Made by a program: the position numbers and the translations under genes
Assembly: GCF_988243305.1 (NCBI RefSeq)
Contig: NZ_OZ547136.1
Direction: 5' to 3' (one strand)
DNA length: 64,000 bases
The notes under the pieces: generated by a model
What the model was told of the DNA's origin: nothing
Database searches by the model: none
The model's input: the letters and a program-made list of their open reading frames with translations, nothing else
Part shown: piece after piece, positions 40,512 to 52,514 of the stretch
Layout of the letters: every line of letters starts with the position of its first letter
How positions within the stretch are numbered: position 1 is the stretch's first letter

Positions 40512-42101
40512 ATGACGTTGTCTCCTTATTTGCAAGAGGTGGCGAAGCGCCGCACTTTTGCCATTATTTCTCACCCGGACGCCGGTAAGACTACCATCAC
40601 CGAGAAGGTGCTGCTGTTCGGACAGGCCATTCAGACCGCCGGTACAGTAAAAGGCCGTGGTTCCAACCAGCACGCTAAGTCGGACTGGATGGAGATGGAA
40701 AAGCAGCGTGGGATCTCCATTACTACTTCTGTGATGCAGTTTCCGTATCACGATTGCCTGGTTAACCTGCTCGACACCCCGGGGCACGAAGACTTCTCGG
40801 AAGATACCTATCGTACCCTGACGGCGGTGGACTGCTGCCTGATGGTTATCGACGCTGCAAAAGGTGTTGAAGATCGTACCCGTAAGCTGATGGAAGTTAC
40901 CCGTCTGCGCGACACGCCGATCCTTACCTTTATGAACAAACTTGACCGTGATATCCGCGACCCGATGGAGCTGCTCGATGAAGTTGAGAACGAGCTGAAA
41001 ATCGGCTGCGCACCGATCACCTGGCCGATTGGCTGCGGCAAGCTGTTTAAAGGCGTTTACCACCTTTATAAAGATGAAACCTATCTCTATCAGAGCGGTA
41101 AAGGCCACACGATTCAGGAAGTCCGCATTGTTAAAGGGCTGAATAACCCGGATCTCGACGCTGCGGTTGGTGAAGATCTGGCACAGCAGCTACGTGACGA
41201 ACTGGAACTGGTGAAAGGCGCGTCTAACGAGTTCGACAAAGAGCTGTTCCTTGCGGGCGAAATCACTCCGGTATTCTTCGGTACTGCGCTGGGTAACTTC
41301 GGCGTTGATCATATGCTGGATGGCCTGGTGGAGTGGGCCCCTGCGCCGATGCCGCGTCAGACTGATACCCGTACCGTAGAGGCGAGCGAAGACAAATTTA
41401 CAGGCTTCGTATTTAAAATTCAGGCCAACATGGACCCGAAACACCGCGACCGCGTGGCGTTTATGCGTGTGGTGTCCGGTAAATATGAAAAAGGCATGAA
41501 GCTGCGCCAGGTGCGTACTGCGAAAGATGTGGTGATCTCCGACGCGCTGACCTTTATGGCGGGTGACCGTTCGCACGTTGAAGAAGCGTATCCTGGCGAT
41601 ATCCTTGGTCTGCACAACCACGGCACCATTCAGATCGGCGACACCTTTACCCAGGGTGAGATGATGAAGTTCACCGGTATTCCGAACTTCGCACCAGAAC
41701 TGTTCCGTCGTATCCGCCTGAAAGATCCGCTGAAGCAAAAACAGCTGCTTAAAGGGCTGGTACAGCTTTCCGAAGAGGGCGCAGTGCAGGTGTTCCGTCC
41801 GATCTCCAACAACGATCTGATCGTTGGTGCGGTTGGTGTGCTGCAGTTTGATGTGGTGGTAGCGCGTCTGAAGAGCGAATACAACGTTGAAGCAGTGTAT
41901 GAGTCAGTCAACGTTGCCACTGCCCGCTGGGTAGAATGTGCGGACGCGAAGAAATTCGAAGAGTTCAAGCGTAAGAACGAAAGCCAACTGGCGCTTGATG
42001 GCGGCGATAACCTCGCTTACATCGCTACCAGCATGGTCAACCTGCGCCTGGCGCAGGAACGTTATCCGGACGTTCAGTTCCACCAGACCCGCGAGCATTA
42101 A
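40512..42101 (+). CDS. prfC: Peptide chain release factor 3 PrfC (529 aa)
   Basis: GTPase motifs [20 protein letters not shown] and NKLD. Start [10 protein letters not shown]. Confidence 0.95.
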
Positions 42102-42111
42102 TTCTTGCCTC

Positions 42112-42137
42112 CAGGGCGCGGTAGCCGCTGCGCCCTG
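42112..42137 (+). terminator. Hairpin after prfC (CAGGGCGC-N10-GCGCCCTG)
   Basis: Perfect 8-bp GC stem 10 nt after the stop. The T-tract is weak. Confidence 0.5.
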
Positions 42138-42493
42138 TCAATTTCCCTTCCTTATTAGCCGCTTACGGAATGTTCTTAAAACATTCACTTTTGCTTATGT
42201 TTTCGCTGATCTCCCGAGCGGTTTCAAAATTGTGATCTATATTTAACAAAGTAATGACATTTCTGGCGGCGTTAAATACCGTTCAATGCGTAGATATCAG
42301 TATCTAAAGCCGTCGATTGTCATTCTACCGATATTAATAACTGATTCAGAGGCTGTAATGGTCGTTATTCATCACCCATCGCTTTTGTGATGGCGACCAT
42401 TGACTTCTGTAGAGGGTGAAGTCTCTCCCTATTCAGCAATGCAACCTCGTGTTGCCAGGCTCAAATTACGAGCAAACATACAGGAATAAATCG

Positions 42494-43099
42494 ATGACTA
42501 TGACAAGACTGAAGATTTCGAAAACTCTGCTGGCTGTAATGTTGACCTCTGCCGTCGCGACCGGCTCTGCCTACGCAGAAAACAACGCGCAGACTACCAA
42601 TGAAAGCGCAGGGCAAAAAGTCGATAGCTCTATGAATAAAGTCGGTAATTTCATGGATGACAGCGCCATCACCGCGAAAGTGAAGGCGGCGCTGGTGGAT
42701 CATGACAACATTAAGAGCACCGATATCTCTGTCAAAACCGATCAAAAAGTCGTGACCCTGAGCGGTTTCGTTGAAAGCCAGGCTCAGGCCGAAGAGGCAG
42801 TGAAAGTGGCGAAAGGCGTTGAAGGGGTGACCTCTGTCAGCGACAAACTGCACGTTCGCGACGCTAAAGAAGGCTCGGTGAAGGGCTACGCGGGTGACAC
42901 CGCCACCACCAGTGAAATCAAAGCCAAACTGCTGGCGGACGATATCGTCCCTTCCCGTCATGTGAAAGTTGAAACCACCGACGGCGTGGTTCAGCTCTCC
43001 GGTACCGTCGATTCCCAGGCACAGAGCGACCGTGCTGAAAGTATCGCCAAAGCGGTAGATGGTGTGAAAAGCGTTAAAAATGATCTGAAAACTAAGTAA
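42494..43099 (+). CDS. osmY: Periplasmic hyperosmotically inducible protein OsmY (201 aa)
   Basis: Signal peptide [28 protein letters not shown] and two BON domains. Confidence 0.93.
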
Positions 43100-43114
43100 T
43101 TCGTCGTAATTCGT

Positions 43115-43136
43115 CCTCCCGAACTTTGTCGGGAGG
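43115..43136 (+). terminator. Hairpin after osmY (CCTCCCGA-actttg-TCGGGAGG)
   Basis: Perfect 8-bp stem. No T-run follows. Confidence 0.45.
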
Positions 43137-43225
43137 CGCGATGTGCACCACACTAAAAATATCGCATTGTGTGATTTTCACGCTCATATCAAGCGGTGAC
43201 ATTAACTATGGTAAAGGAGACGCTT

Positions 43226-43387
43226 ATGTTTCGTTGGGGCATCATATTTCTGGTTATCGCGTTAATCGCCGCCGCACTTGGGTTTGGTGGTCTGGCCGGT
43301 ACCGCTGCAGGCGCAGCTAAAATTGTCTTTGTCGTCGGGATTATTCTGTTCCTGGTGAGTTTGTTCATGGGCCGAAAACGACCCTAG
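43226..43387 (+). CDS. ytjA: Small membrane protein YtjA (DUF1328, 53 aa)
   Basis: [53 protein letters not shown], with RBS AAGGAG. Confidence 0.85.
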
Positions 43388-43416
43388 ATTTCAGACCATT
43401 AAGAAAATTTTATCCA

Positions 43417-43449
43417 AAGCCAGTCCAGCGGACTGGCTTTTGCGGTTTT
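43417..43449 (+). terminator. Rho-independent terminator after ytjA
   Basis: AAGCCAGTCC-agcg-GGACTGGCTT followed by TTGCGGTTTT. Confidence 0.8.
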
Positions 43450-43508
43450 AGCGAATAATAAATTGCGTTACTTTGTCATTCTTTCACAACAAAAACAGGA
43501 AGGCAGAG

Positions 43509-44582
43509 GTGGGGCAGCGAATACCTGTAACGCTTGGTAATATTGCGCCGTTGTCGCTAAGGCCGTTCCAGCCTGGACGAATAGCTCTGGTGTGCGAAGG
43601 CGGCGGACAGCGTGGAATTTTCACGGCTGGCGTGCTGGATGAGTTTATGCGCGCGCAGTTTAATCCTTTCGATCTTTATCTCGGCACATCTGCCGGGGCG
43701 CAGAACCTCTCGGCGTATATCTGCAATCAGCCCGGTTACGCGCGCAAAGTCATCATGCGCTATACCACAAAACGCGAATTTTTCGATCCATTGCGCTTTG
43801 TCCGTGGAGGAAATCTTATCGATCTCGACTGGCTGGTGGAGGCCACCGCAAGCCAGATGCCGTTGCAAATGGATACCGCCGCGCGGTTGTTTGACAGCGG
43901 CAAATCGTTTTATATGTGCGCCTGTCGTCAGGATGACTATGCGCCGAATTACTTTTTACCAACCAAACAAAACTGGCTGGATGTGATTCGCGCCTCCAGT
44001 GCGATCCCTGGCTTTTATCGTAGCGGAGTGTCGCTGGAAGGCATTAACTACCTGGATGGCGGGATCAGTGATGCGATTCCGGTTAAAGAGGCGGCAAGGC
44101 AGGGAGCAAAAACCTTGGTCGTCATCCGCACCGTGCCGTCGCAAATGTACTACACGCCGCAGTGGTTCAAACGCATGGAACGCTGGCTGGGTGACAGTAG
44201 CCTGCAGCCGCTGGTCAATCTGGTGCAGCATCATGAAACCAGCTATCGTGACATTCAGCAATTTATTGAGAAACCACCGGGCAAGCTGCGGATATTCGAA
44301 ATTTATCCGCCGAAGCCATTACATAGTATCGCGCTTGGCAGTCGGATTCCGGCGCTGCGTGAAGACTATAAACTTGGGCGTTTATGCGGTCGTTATTTCC
44401 TCGCCACGGTCGGTAAATTATTGACTGAAAAAGCGCCGCTTACCCGCCATCTGGTGCCAGTGGTGACGCCGGAATCGATCGTTATTCCGCCTGCGCCAGT
44501 CGCCAACGATACGCTGGTTGCCGAAGTGAGCGATGCTCCGCAGGCGAACGACCCGACATTTAACAATGAGGATCTGGCTTGA
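43509..44582 (+). CDS. yjjU: Patatin-like phospholipase YjjU (357 aa, GTG start)
   Basis: Oxyanion motif EGGGQRG and nuclease-elbow serine motif GTSAGA, with a catalytic Asp region DGGISDAIP. Confidence 0.88.
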   Translation: MGQRIPVTLGNIAPLSLRPFQPGRIALVCEGGGQRGIFTAGVLDEFMRAQFNPFDLYLGTSAGAQNLSAYICNQPGYARKVIMRYTTKREFFDPLRFVRGGNLIDLDWLVEATASQMPLQMDTAARLFDSGKSFYMCACRQDDYAPNYFLPTKQNWLDVIRASSAIPGFYRSGVSLEGINYLDGGISDAIPVKEAARQGAKTLVVIRTVPSQMYYTPQWFKRMERWLGDSSLQPLVNLVQHHETSYRDIQQFIEKPPGKLRIFEIYPPKPLHSIALGSRIPALREDYKLGRLCGRYFLATVGKLLTEKAPLTRHLVPVVTPESIVIPPAPVANDTLVAEVSDAPQANDPTFNNEDLA

Positions 44583-45358
44583 TTTGCCGTTTTATCGACA
44601 CCCACTGCCATTTTGATTTCCCGCCGTTTAGTGGCGATGAAGAGTCCAGCCTGCAACGCGCGGCACAAGCGGGCGTAGGCAAGATCATTGTTCCGTCAAC
44701 CGAGGCGGAAAATTTTGCCCGCGTGCAGGCGTTAGCGGAAAAATATCAACCGCTGTATGCCGCATTGGGCTTGCATCCTGGTATGTTGGAAAAACATAGC
44801 GATGTGTCTCTTGATCAGCTACAGCAGGCGCTGGAAAGGCATCCGGCGAAGGTGGTAGCGGTGGGGGAGATCGGCCTGGATCTCTTTGGCGACGATCCGC
44901 AATTTGAGAGGCAGCAGTGGTTACTCGACGAACAACTGAAACTGGCGAAACGCTACGATCTGCCGGTGATCCTGCATTCACGGCGCACACACGACAAACT
45001 GGCGATGCATCTTAAACTCCACGATTTGCCGCGCTCTGGCGTGGTTCATGGTTTTTCCGGCAGCCTGCAACAGGCCGAACGGTTTGTACAGCTGGGCTAC
45101 AAAATCGGCGTAGGCGGTACTATCACCTATCCACGCGCCAGTAAAACCCGCGATGTCATCGCAAAATTACCGCTGGCATCGTTGTTGCTGGAAACCGACG
45201 CGCCGGATATGCCGCTCAACGGTTTTCAGGGGCAGCCTAACCGCCCGGAACAGGCCGCGCGGGTGTTTGACGTGCTTTGCGAGTTGCGTCCGGAACCAGC
45301 GGATGAGATTGCGCAAGCGTTGCTAAATAATACGTATACGTTGTTTAACGTGCCGTAG
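44579..45358 (+). CDS. yjjV: TatD-family metal-dependent hydrolase/DNase YjjV (259 aa, TTG start)
   Basis: IDTHCHFDF, EIGLD and LETDAP motifs. 4-nt overlap with yjjU. Confidence 0.88.
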   Translation: MICRFIDTHCHFDFPPFSGDEESSLQRAAQAGVGKIIVPSTEAENFARVQALAEKYQPLYAALGLHPGMLEKHSDVSLDQLQQALERHPAKVVAVGEIGLDLFGDDPQFERQQWLLDEQLKLAKRYDLPVILHSRRTHDKLAMHLKLHDLPRSGVVHGFSGSLQQAERFVQLGYKIGVGGTITYPRASKTRDVIAKLPLASLLLETDAPDMPLNGFQGQPNRPEQAARVFDVLCELRPEPADEIAQALLNNTYTLFNVP

Positions 45359-45472
45359 GCCGGACAAGGCGTTCACGCCGCATCCGGCAGTTGGCGCACA
45401 ATGTCTGATGCGACGCTTGACGCGTCTTATCAGACCTACAAGTCTGTGCCGAACCATAGGCCGTATCCGGCA
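45359..45472. repeat. REP/BIME cluster (about 3 REP units) between yjjV and yjjW
   Basis: gccggacaaggcgttcacgccgcatccggc; gtctgatgcgacgcttgacgcgtcttatcagacctac; ggccgtatccggca. Confidence 0.85.
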
Positions 45473-45474
45473 TG

Positions 45475-46338
45475 TTACAAATACAGCGCCGGGAATATTA
45501 AGCGGCTCACCCCGCGCTCCCGTAACGCATCAGCCAACGGCTCAACGTCTTCCGGCGTGGCGCTCGCCCAGCTTTGCGCCTCGCCATACACGCCGTGGGC
45601 ATGAAACGCGTTCAGGCGTACCGGAACATCGCCGACTCCCTTGATAAACGCCGCCAGTTCTTCGATGTGTTGCAAATAATCCACCTGGCCAGGGATTACC
45701 AGCAAACGCAGTTCCGCCAGCTTACCGCGCTCTGCCAGCAAACAGATGCTGCGCTTAATCTGCTGATTATCGCGTCCGGTTAATTGCTGATGACATTCGC
45801 TCCCCCACGCTTTGAGATCGAGCATTGCGCCGTCGCACACCGGGAGCAATTTTTCCCAGCCGGTTTCGCTCAACATACCGTTACTGTCCACCAGACAGGT
45901 GAGATGGCACAATTGCGGATCGTTTTTGATGGCAGTAAACAGCGCCATCACAAACGGCAGCTGGGTCGTGGCTTCGCCGCCGCTTACCGTTATCCCTTCG
46001 ATAAACAGCACTGCTTTGCGGATATGACGAAGCACTTCGTCCACGCTCATCAATTGCGCCATCGGCGTGGCGTGTTGTGGACACATCTTCAGGCAGGTAT
46101 CGCACTGCTCGCAGACTACAGCGTTCCACGCCACTTTGCCGTCAACAATCTGCAACGCCTGATGCGGACACTGTGGCACGCACTCCCCGCAATCATTGCA
46201 ACGTCCCATCGTCCACGGATTGTGACAGTTTTTGCAGCGCAGATTGCAGCCCTGCAAAAACAGAGCCAGACGACTGCCTGGCCCGTCAACGCAGGAGAAG
46301 GGGATAATCTTACTGACTAAAGCGCATCTGCTGTTCAT
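45475..46338 (-). CDS. yjjW: Glycyl-radical enzyme activating (radical SAM) protein YjjW (287 aa)
   Basis: CxxxCxxC radical-SAM cluster [11 protein letters not shown] plus ferredoxin-like Cys clusters ([24 protein letters not shown]). Confidence 0.88.
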   Translation of the reverse strand: MNSRCALVSKIIPFSCVDGPGSRLALFLQGCNLRCKNCHNPWTMGRCNDCGECVPQCPHQALQIVDGKVAWNAVVCEQCDTCLKMCPQHATPMAQLMSVDEVLRHIRKAVLFIEGITVSGGEATTQLPFVMALFTAIKNDPQLCHLTCLVDSNGMLSETGWEKLLPVCDGAMLDLKAWGSECHQQLTGRDNQQIKRSICLLAERGKLAELRLLVIPGQVDYLQHIEELAAFIKGVGDVPVRLNAFHAHGVYGEAQSWASATPEDVEPLADALRERGVSRLIFPALYL

Positions 46339-47860
46339 GGCTTATCACGCGCGGCTGGCGTTCCAGAATACGAGTGTTGCGTGCGGCCTCTTCGCCCAGC
46401 CAGGTGGTGTTGGTGCGTGAACCTTCGGCGCGATATTTTTCTAAATCCGACAAACGCACCATATAACCGGTAACGCGAACCAGATCGTTACCGCTGACAT
46501 TGGCGGTAAATTCACGCATTCCGGCTTTAAAGGCACCGAGGCAAAGCTGTACCAGCGCCTGCGGGTTACGTTTGATGGTTTCGTCGAGCGTCAGAATGTC
46601 GCTGATGCCGGAATAATAATAAGCATGATGCGGGGCGACAGTTTGCAGATGGGTGATCGGATCTGGCTCATCGCCATACGGCAAACGCGCGCCCGGCGTG
46701 GTGCCGATATCGGAACTGATCCCCGACTGTGCGTGTAACATGGCGCGTTTTTGCCAGCCATATTTCACGGGGGTATTGGCGACAAACTCCGCCAGTTGCG
46801 CGCTGATGCGATAACCCACTTCATTTGCGGCGGCTTCTTTACCGTAGCGCGCGGCAATCCCTTCTTTCTCACACAGTAAGTTAACTGCTTCCGCCAGCCC
46901 ATACATGCCAAACATTGGCACAAAACGTTCAGGGTTAATCAGCCCTTCTTTCACCAGGAAGCTATTCTCAAAGAAGTGTGATTGTTGATAGAGGAATTCA
47001 CACCGCGCATCGATGATGGCGATCTGCTGCTGGCAGTAGTGCGGTAGAGTGCGCGTAAAGAAGTCATCCAGCGATTCGCTGCGCTCGGCAATGGCTTTCA
47101 GGTTAAGGCGTACCAGCGTGCTGCCACCACCCGCCAGCGGCAGTGAGTTGTAACAGCTCACAATCCCGTAGCCCCCTTTTGTGAAAATTTTATCATGCAC
47201 CGGACCGTTGGCGATGTGCGGTTTGCTACATTCACAGATGTTCTTCGCCACTTCCAGCAGCAGGTCATCAGGGGTGATTTCAGGATCGTAGATAAAGGTC
47301 AGGTTCGGTGAAACCTGCTTCAGCTCTGCATCTGCACGTAAGATTGCACGGGTGATGGGCGAATCAGACGGGCCGATATTGGCGTGCATAAAGGCGTCTG
47401 GCAGGGTTCTGTCGAGGTAACGCCAGAAACGTTTTATTCGAATATCGATCTCGTCTTGTGTTAGAATTCTAACATACGGTTGCAACAACGCATCCAGTTG
47501 CCCCAGGTAGACCGGCATCGATGTGACCGACGGTACGTGGTGGTAAAGAATGGTCAGCAGAGAGAGTGCATCATCAAGATCTTTCGCGCCTTCCAGCTCC
47601 AGCCATTCGGAACCGTTCGCCAGAAAACGGGCGTAATCGGGTAAGACATAGCGCGGTTTGTACGGCGCATGACCTTCAAACATATCGCAGATTACACCCT
47701 CATCCAGCGCGCGGCGGGCTTCGGCAGGAAGCTGCGGATAAGGCAGATTGTTTTCTGCTTCCAGTGCCAGAAAATGGCGCTTCTGCTCCGGGCTAAGCAC
47801 TGGGCTGGTGACAATTTGCAGGCAACGTTGTTGCAGTGCATTTTCATGAGAAGTGGGCAT
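46310..47860 (-). CDS. yjjI: Glycyl-radical-enzyme-like protein YjjI (516 aa), substrate unknown
   Basis: C-terminal glycine-radical fingerprint [11 protein letters not shown]. 29-nt overlap with yjjW. Confidence 0.85.
   Translation of the reverse strand: MPTSHENALQQRCLQIVTSPVLSPEQKRHFLALEAENNLPYPQLPAEARRALDEGVICDMFEGHAPYKPRYVLPDYARFLANGSEWLELEGAKDLDDALSLLTILYHHVPSVTSMPVYLGQLDALLQPYVRILTQDEIDIRIKRFWRYLDRTLPDAFMHANIGPSDSPITRAILRADAELKQVSPNLTFIYDPEITPDDLLLEVAKNICECSKPHIANGPVHDKIFTKGGYGIVSCYNSLPLAGGGSTLVRLNLKAIAERSESLDDFFTRTLPHYCQQQIAIIDARCEFLYQQSHFFENSFLVKEGLINPERFVPMFGMYGLAEAVNLLCEKEGIAARYGKEAAANEVGYRISAQLAEFVANTPVKYGWQKRAMLHAQSGISSDIGTTPGARLPYGDEPDPITHLQTVAPHHAYYYSGISDILTLDETIKRNPQALVQLCLGAFKAGMREFTANVSGNDLVRVTGYMVRLSDLEKYRAEGSRTNTTWLGEEAARNTRILERQPRVISHEQQMRFSQ
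47459..47474. promoter_or_regulatory. DeoR operator O1 (perfect palindrome TGTTAGAATTCTAACA) at deoP1, inside the yjjI coding sequence
   Basis: Read directly. It lies exactly 599 bp from the O2-like site at 48058, matching the O1-O2 spacing I recall for the deo operon. Confidence 0.8.
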
Positions 47861-47969
47861 CTTCTTTTCCTTTTATGCCGAAGGTGATGCGCCATTGTAA
47901 GAAGTTTCGTGATGTTCACTTTGATCCTGATGCGTTTGCCACCACTGACGCATTCATTTGAAAGTGAAT

Positions 47970-48045
47970 TATTTGAACCAGATCTCATTACAGTGATGCA
48001 AACTTGTAAGTAGATTTCCTTAATTGTGATGTATATCGAAGTGTG
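47970..48045 (+). promoter_or_regulatory. deoP2 CRP/CytR region with two CRP-like sites (TTGAA-N6-CTCAT at 47973-47988; TGTGA-N6-TCGAA at 48025-48040)
   Basis: Half-site matches to TGTGA-N6-TCACA with about 52-bp centre spacing, as expected for the tandem CRP sites bridged by CytR. Confidence 0.6.
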
Positions 48046-48057
48046 TTGCGGAGTAGA

Positions 48058-48073
48058 TGTTAGAATACTAACA
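48058..48073. promoter_or_regulatory. DeoR operator O2 (TGTTAGAATACTAACA) at deoP2
   Basis: A 16-bp near-perfect palindrome 45 bp before the deoC ATG. Confidence 0.8.
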
Positions 48074-48117
48074 AACTCGCAAGGTGAATTTTATTGGCGA
48101 CAAGCCAGGAGAATGAA

Positions 48118-48897
48118 ATGACTGATCTGAAAGCAAGCAGCCTGCGTGCACTGAAATTGATGGACCTGACCACCCTGAATGACGACGACACCGACGAGAA
48201 AGTGATCGCCCTGTGTCATCAGGCCAAAACTCCGGTCGGCAATACCGCCGCTATCTGTATCTATCCTCGCTTTATCCCAATTGCTCGCAAAACGCTGAAA
48301 GAGCAGGGCACCCCGGAAATCCGTATCGCTACGGTAACTAACTTCCCACACGGTAACGATGACATCGACATCGCGCTGGCAGAAACCCGTGCGGCAATCG
48401 CCTACGGTGCCGATGAAGTTGACGTAGTGTTCCCGTACCGTGCGCTGATGGCGGGTAACGAGCAGGTTGGTTTTGACCTAGTGAAAGCCTGTAAAGAGGC
48501 TTGCGCTGCGGCTAACGTACTGCTGAAAGTGATCATCGAAACCGGAGAACTGAAAGACGAAGCGCTGATCCGTAAAGCGTCTGAAATCTCCATCAAAGCG
48601 GGTGCTGACTTCATCAAAACCTCTACCGGTAAAGTGGCAGTGAACGCGACGCCGGAAAGCGCGCGCATCATGATGGAAGTGATCCGTGATATGGGCGTAG
48701 AAAAAACCGTTGGTTTCAAACCGGCGGGCGGCGTGCGTACTGCGGAAGATGCGCAGAAATATCTCGCCATCGCCGATGAACTGTTCGGCGCTGACTGGGC
48801 CGATGCGCGTCACTACCGCTTTGGCGCTTCCAGCCTGCTGGCAAGCCTGCTGAAGGCTCTGGGCCACGGCGACGGTAAGAGCGCCAGCAGCTACTAA
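48118..48897 (+). CDS. deoC: Deoxyribose-phosphate aldolase DeoC (259 aa)
   Basis: Starts [29 protein letters not shown] with RBS CCAGGAG. Confidence 0.95.
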
Positions 48898-48974
48898 GGC
48901 TTGATTTGCCGGATGACGCAGCGATGCTCATCCGGTTCCCCGATTACCTCGTCTCTTTTCCACGGGAGGTTACC

Positions 48975-50297
48975 TTGTTTCTCGCACAAGAAATTATTCG
49001 TAAAAAACGTGATGGTCATGCGCTGAGCGATGAAGAAATTCGTTTCTTTATCAACGGCATTCGCGACAACACTATCTCCGAAGGGCAGATTGCCGCCCTC
49101 GCGATGACCATTTTCTTCCACGATATGACAATGCCTGAGCGTGTCTCGCTGACGATGGCGATGCGAGATTCAGGAACCGTTCTCGACTGGAAAAGCCTGC
49201 ATCTGAATGGCCCGATTGTTGATAAACATTCCACCGGCGGCGTCGGCGATGTCACTTCGCTGATGTTGGGGCCGATGGTTGCAGCCTGCGGCGGCTATAT
49301 TCCGATGATCTCCGGTCGCGGCCTCGGTCATACTGGCGGTACGCTCGACAAACTGGAATCCATCCCTGGCTTCGACATTTTCCCGGATGACAACCGTTTC
49401 CGCGAAATTATTAAAGACGTCGGCGTGGCGATTATCGGCCAGACCAGCTCACTGGCTCCGGCGGATAAACGTTTCTACGCGACCCGTGATATTACCGCAA
49501 CCGTGGACTCCATCCCGCTGATCACTGCCTCGATCCTGGCGAAGAAACTGGCGGAAGGTCTGGATGCGCTGGTGATGGACGTGAAAGTGGGTAGTGGTGC
49601 ATTTATGCCGACCTACGAACTCTCTGAAGCCCTTGCCGAAGCGATTGTTGGCGTAGCTAACGGCGCGGGCGTGCGCACCACCGCGCTGCTCACCGATATG
49701 AATCAGGTACTGGCCTCCAGTGCAGGTAACGCGGTTGAGGTTCGTGAAGCAGTGCAGTTCCTGACGGGAGAATATCGTAACCCGCGTCTGTTTGATGTCA
49801 CGATGGCGCTGTGCGTGGAGATGCTGATCTCCGGCAAACTGGCGAAAGATGACGCCGAAGCGCGCGCGAAATTGCAGGCGGTGCTGGACAACGGTAAAGC
49901 GGCAGAAGTCTTTGGTCGTATGGTAGCGGCACAAAAAGGCCCGACTGACTTCGTTGAGAACTACGCGAAGTATCTGCCGACAGCGATGCTGACGAAAGCA
50001 GTCTATGCTGATACCGAAGGTTTTGTCAGTGAAATGGATACCCGTGCGTTGGGGATGGCAGTGGTTGCAATGGGCGGCGGACGCCGTCAGGCATCTGACA
50101 CCATCGATTACAGCGTCGGCTTTACTGATATGGCGCGTCTGGGCGACCAGGTAGACGGTCAGCGTCCGCTGGCGGTTATCCACGCGAAAGACGAAAACAG
50201 CTGGCAGGAAGCGGCGAAAGCGGTGAAAGCGGCAATTAAACTTGCCGATAAAGCACCGGAAAGCACACCAACTGTCTATCGTCGTATCAGTGAATAA
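48975..50297 (+). CDS. deoA: Thymidine phosphorylase DeoA (440 aa, TTG start)
   Basis: Starts (M)[21 protein letters not shown] with RBS GGGAGG 7 nt upstream. The track ORF has a 23-codon spurious extension. Confidence 0.93.
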
Positions 50298-50327
50298 CGG
50301 TATACTGATCTGATCATTTAAATTTGA

Positions 50328-51572
<1,245 letters not shown>

Positions 51573-51628
51573 TGGATTTGGGCGGAGCGTTGACTCCGCC
51601 TTTGTTATGTCACAAAAAGGATAAAACA

Positions 51629-52348
51629 ATGGCTACTCCACACATTAATGCAGAAATGGGCGATTTCGCTGACGTAGTTTTGATGCCAGGCGACCCGCTG
51701 CGTGCGAAGTATATTGCTGAAACTTTCCTTGAAGATGCCCGTGAAGTGAACAACGTTCGCGGTATGCTGGGCTTCACCGGTACTTACAAAGGCCGCAAAA
51801 TTTCCGTAATGGGTCACGGTATGGGTATCCCGTCCTGCTCCATCTACACCAAAGAACTGATCACCGATTTCGGCGTGAAGAAAATTATCCGCGTAGGCTC
51901 CTGTGGCGCTGTTCTGCCACACGTAAAACTGCGCGACGTCGTTATCGGTATGGGTGCCTGCACCGATTCCAAAGTTAACCGCATCCGTTTTAAAGACCAT
52001 GACTTTGCCGCTATCGCTGACTTTGACATGGTGCGTAACGCAGTAGATGCAGCTAAAGCACTGGGCATTGATGCTCGCGTTGGTAACCTGTTCTCCGCTG
52101 ACCTGTTCTACTCTCCGGACGGCGAAATGTTCGACGTGATGGAAAAATACGGCATCCTCGGCGTGGAAATGGAAGCGGCTGGTATCTACGGCGTCGCTGC
52201 AGAATTTGGCGCGAAAGCCCTGACCATCTGCACCGTGTCTGACCACATCCGTACTCACGAGCAGACCACTGCCGCTGAGCGTCAGACCACCTTCAACGAC
52301 ATGATCAAAATCGCACTGGAATCCGTTCTGCTGGGCGATAAAGAGTAA
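51629..52348 (+). CDS. deoD: Purine nucleoside phosphorylase DeoD (239 aa)
   Basis: Starts [36 protein letters not shown]. Confidence 0.95.
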
Positions 52349-52380
52349 TTGTGTTTCGCTGAAAGGCGAACGTCGTGTTA

Positions 52381-52413
52381 AGCCGGAGTGGGAGACCGCT
52401 CCGGCTTTTTATT
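52381..52413 (+). terminator. Rho-independent terminator of the deo operon
   Basis: AGCCGGAG-N10-CTCCGGCT followed by TTTTTATT. Confidence 0.85.
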
Positions 52414-52479
52414 ATCTATTCATTTCTCTCTCCAGCTTGAATATTTTCGCTATACTTTTCAGTGAAATGTGTTAATAAA

Positions 52480-52511
52480 TCTATTCAAGTATCTATTCAC
52501 GAATCTATTCA
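52480..52511 (+). repeat. Three direct repeats of TCTATTCA at exact 12-bp phasing, ending 4 bp before the hipH/yjjJ ATG (a fourth copy lies at 52415-52422)
   Basis: aaTCTATTCAag taTCTATTCAcg aaTCTATTCAtt, read directly at 52480, 52492 and 52504. Confidence 0.9.
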
Positions 52512-52514
52512 TTA

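Noticed and set aside
40248-41108. 286-aa minus-strand ORF spanning the yjjG 3' end and prfC 5' region
   Set aside because: It is antisense to two well-supported genes and crosses their intergenic region. It has no RBS or motif, so it is a shadow ORF.
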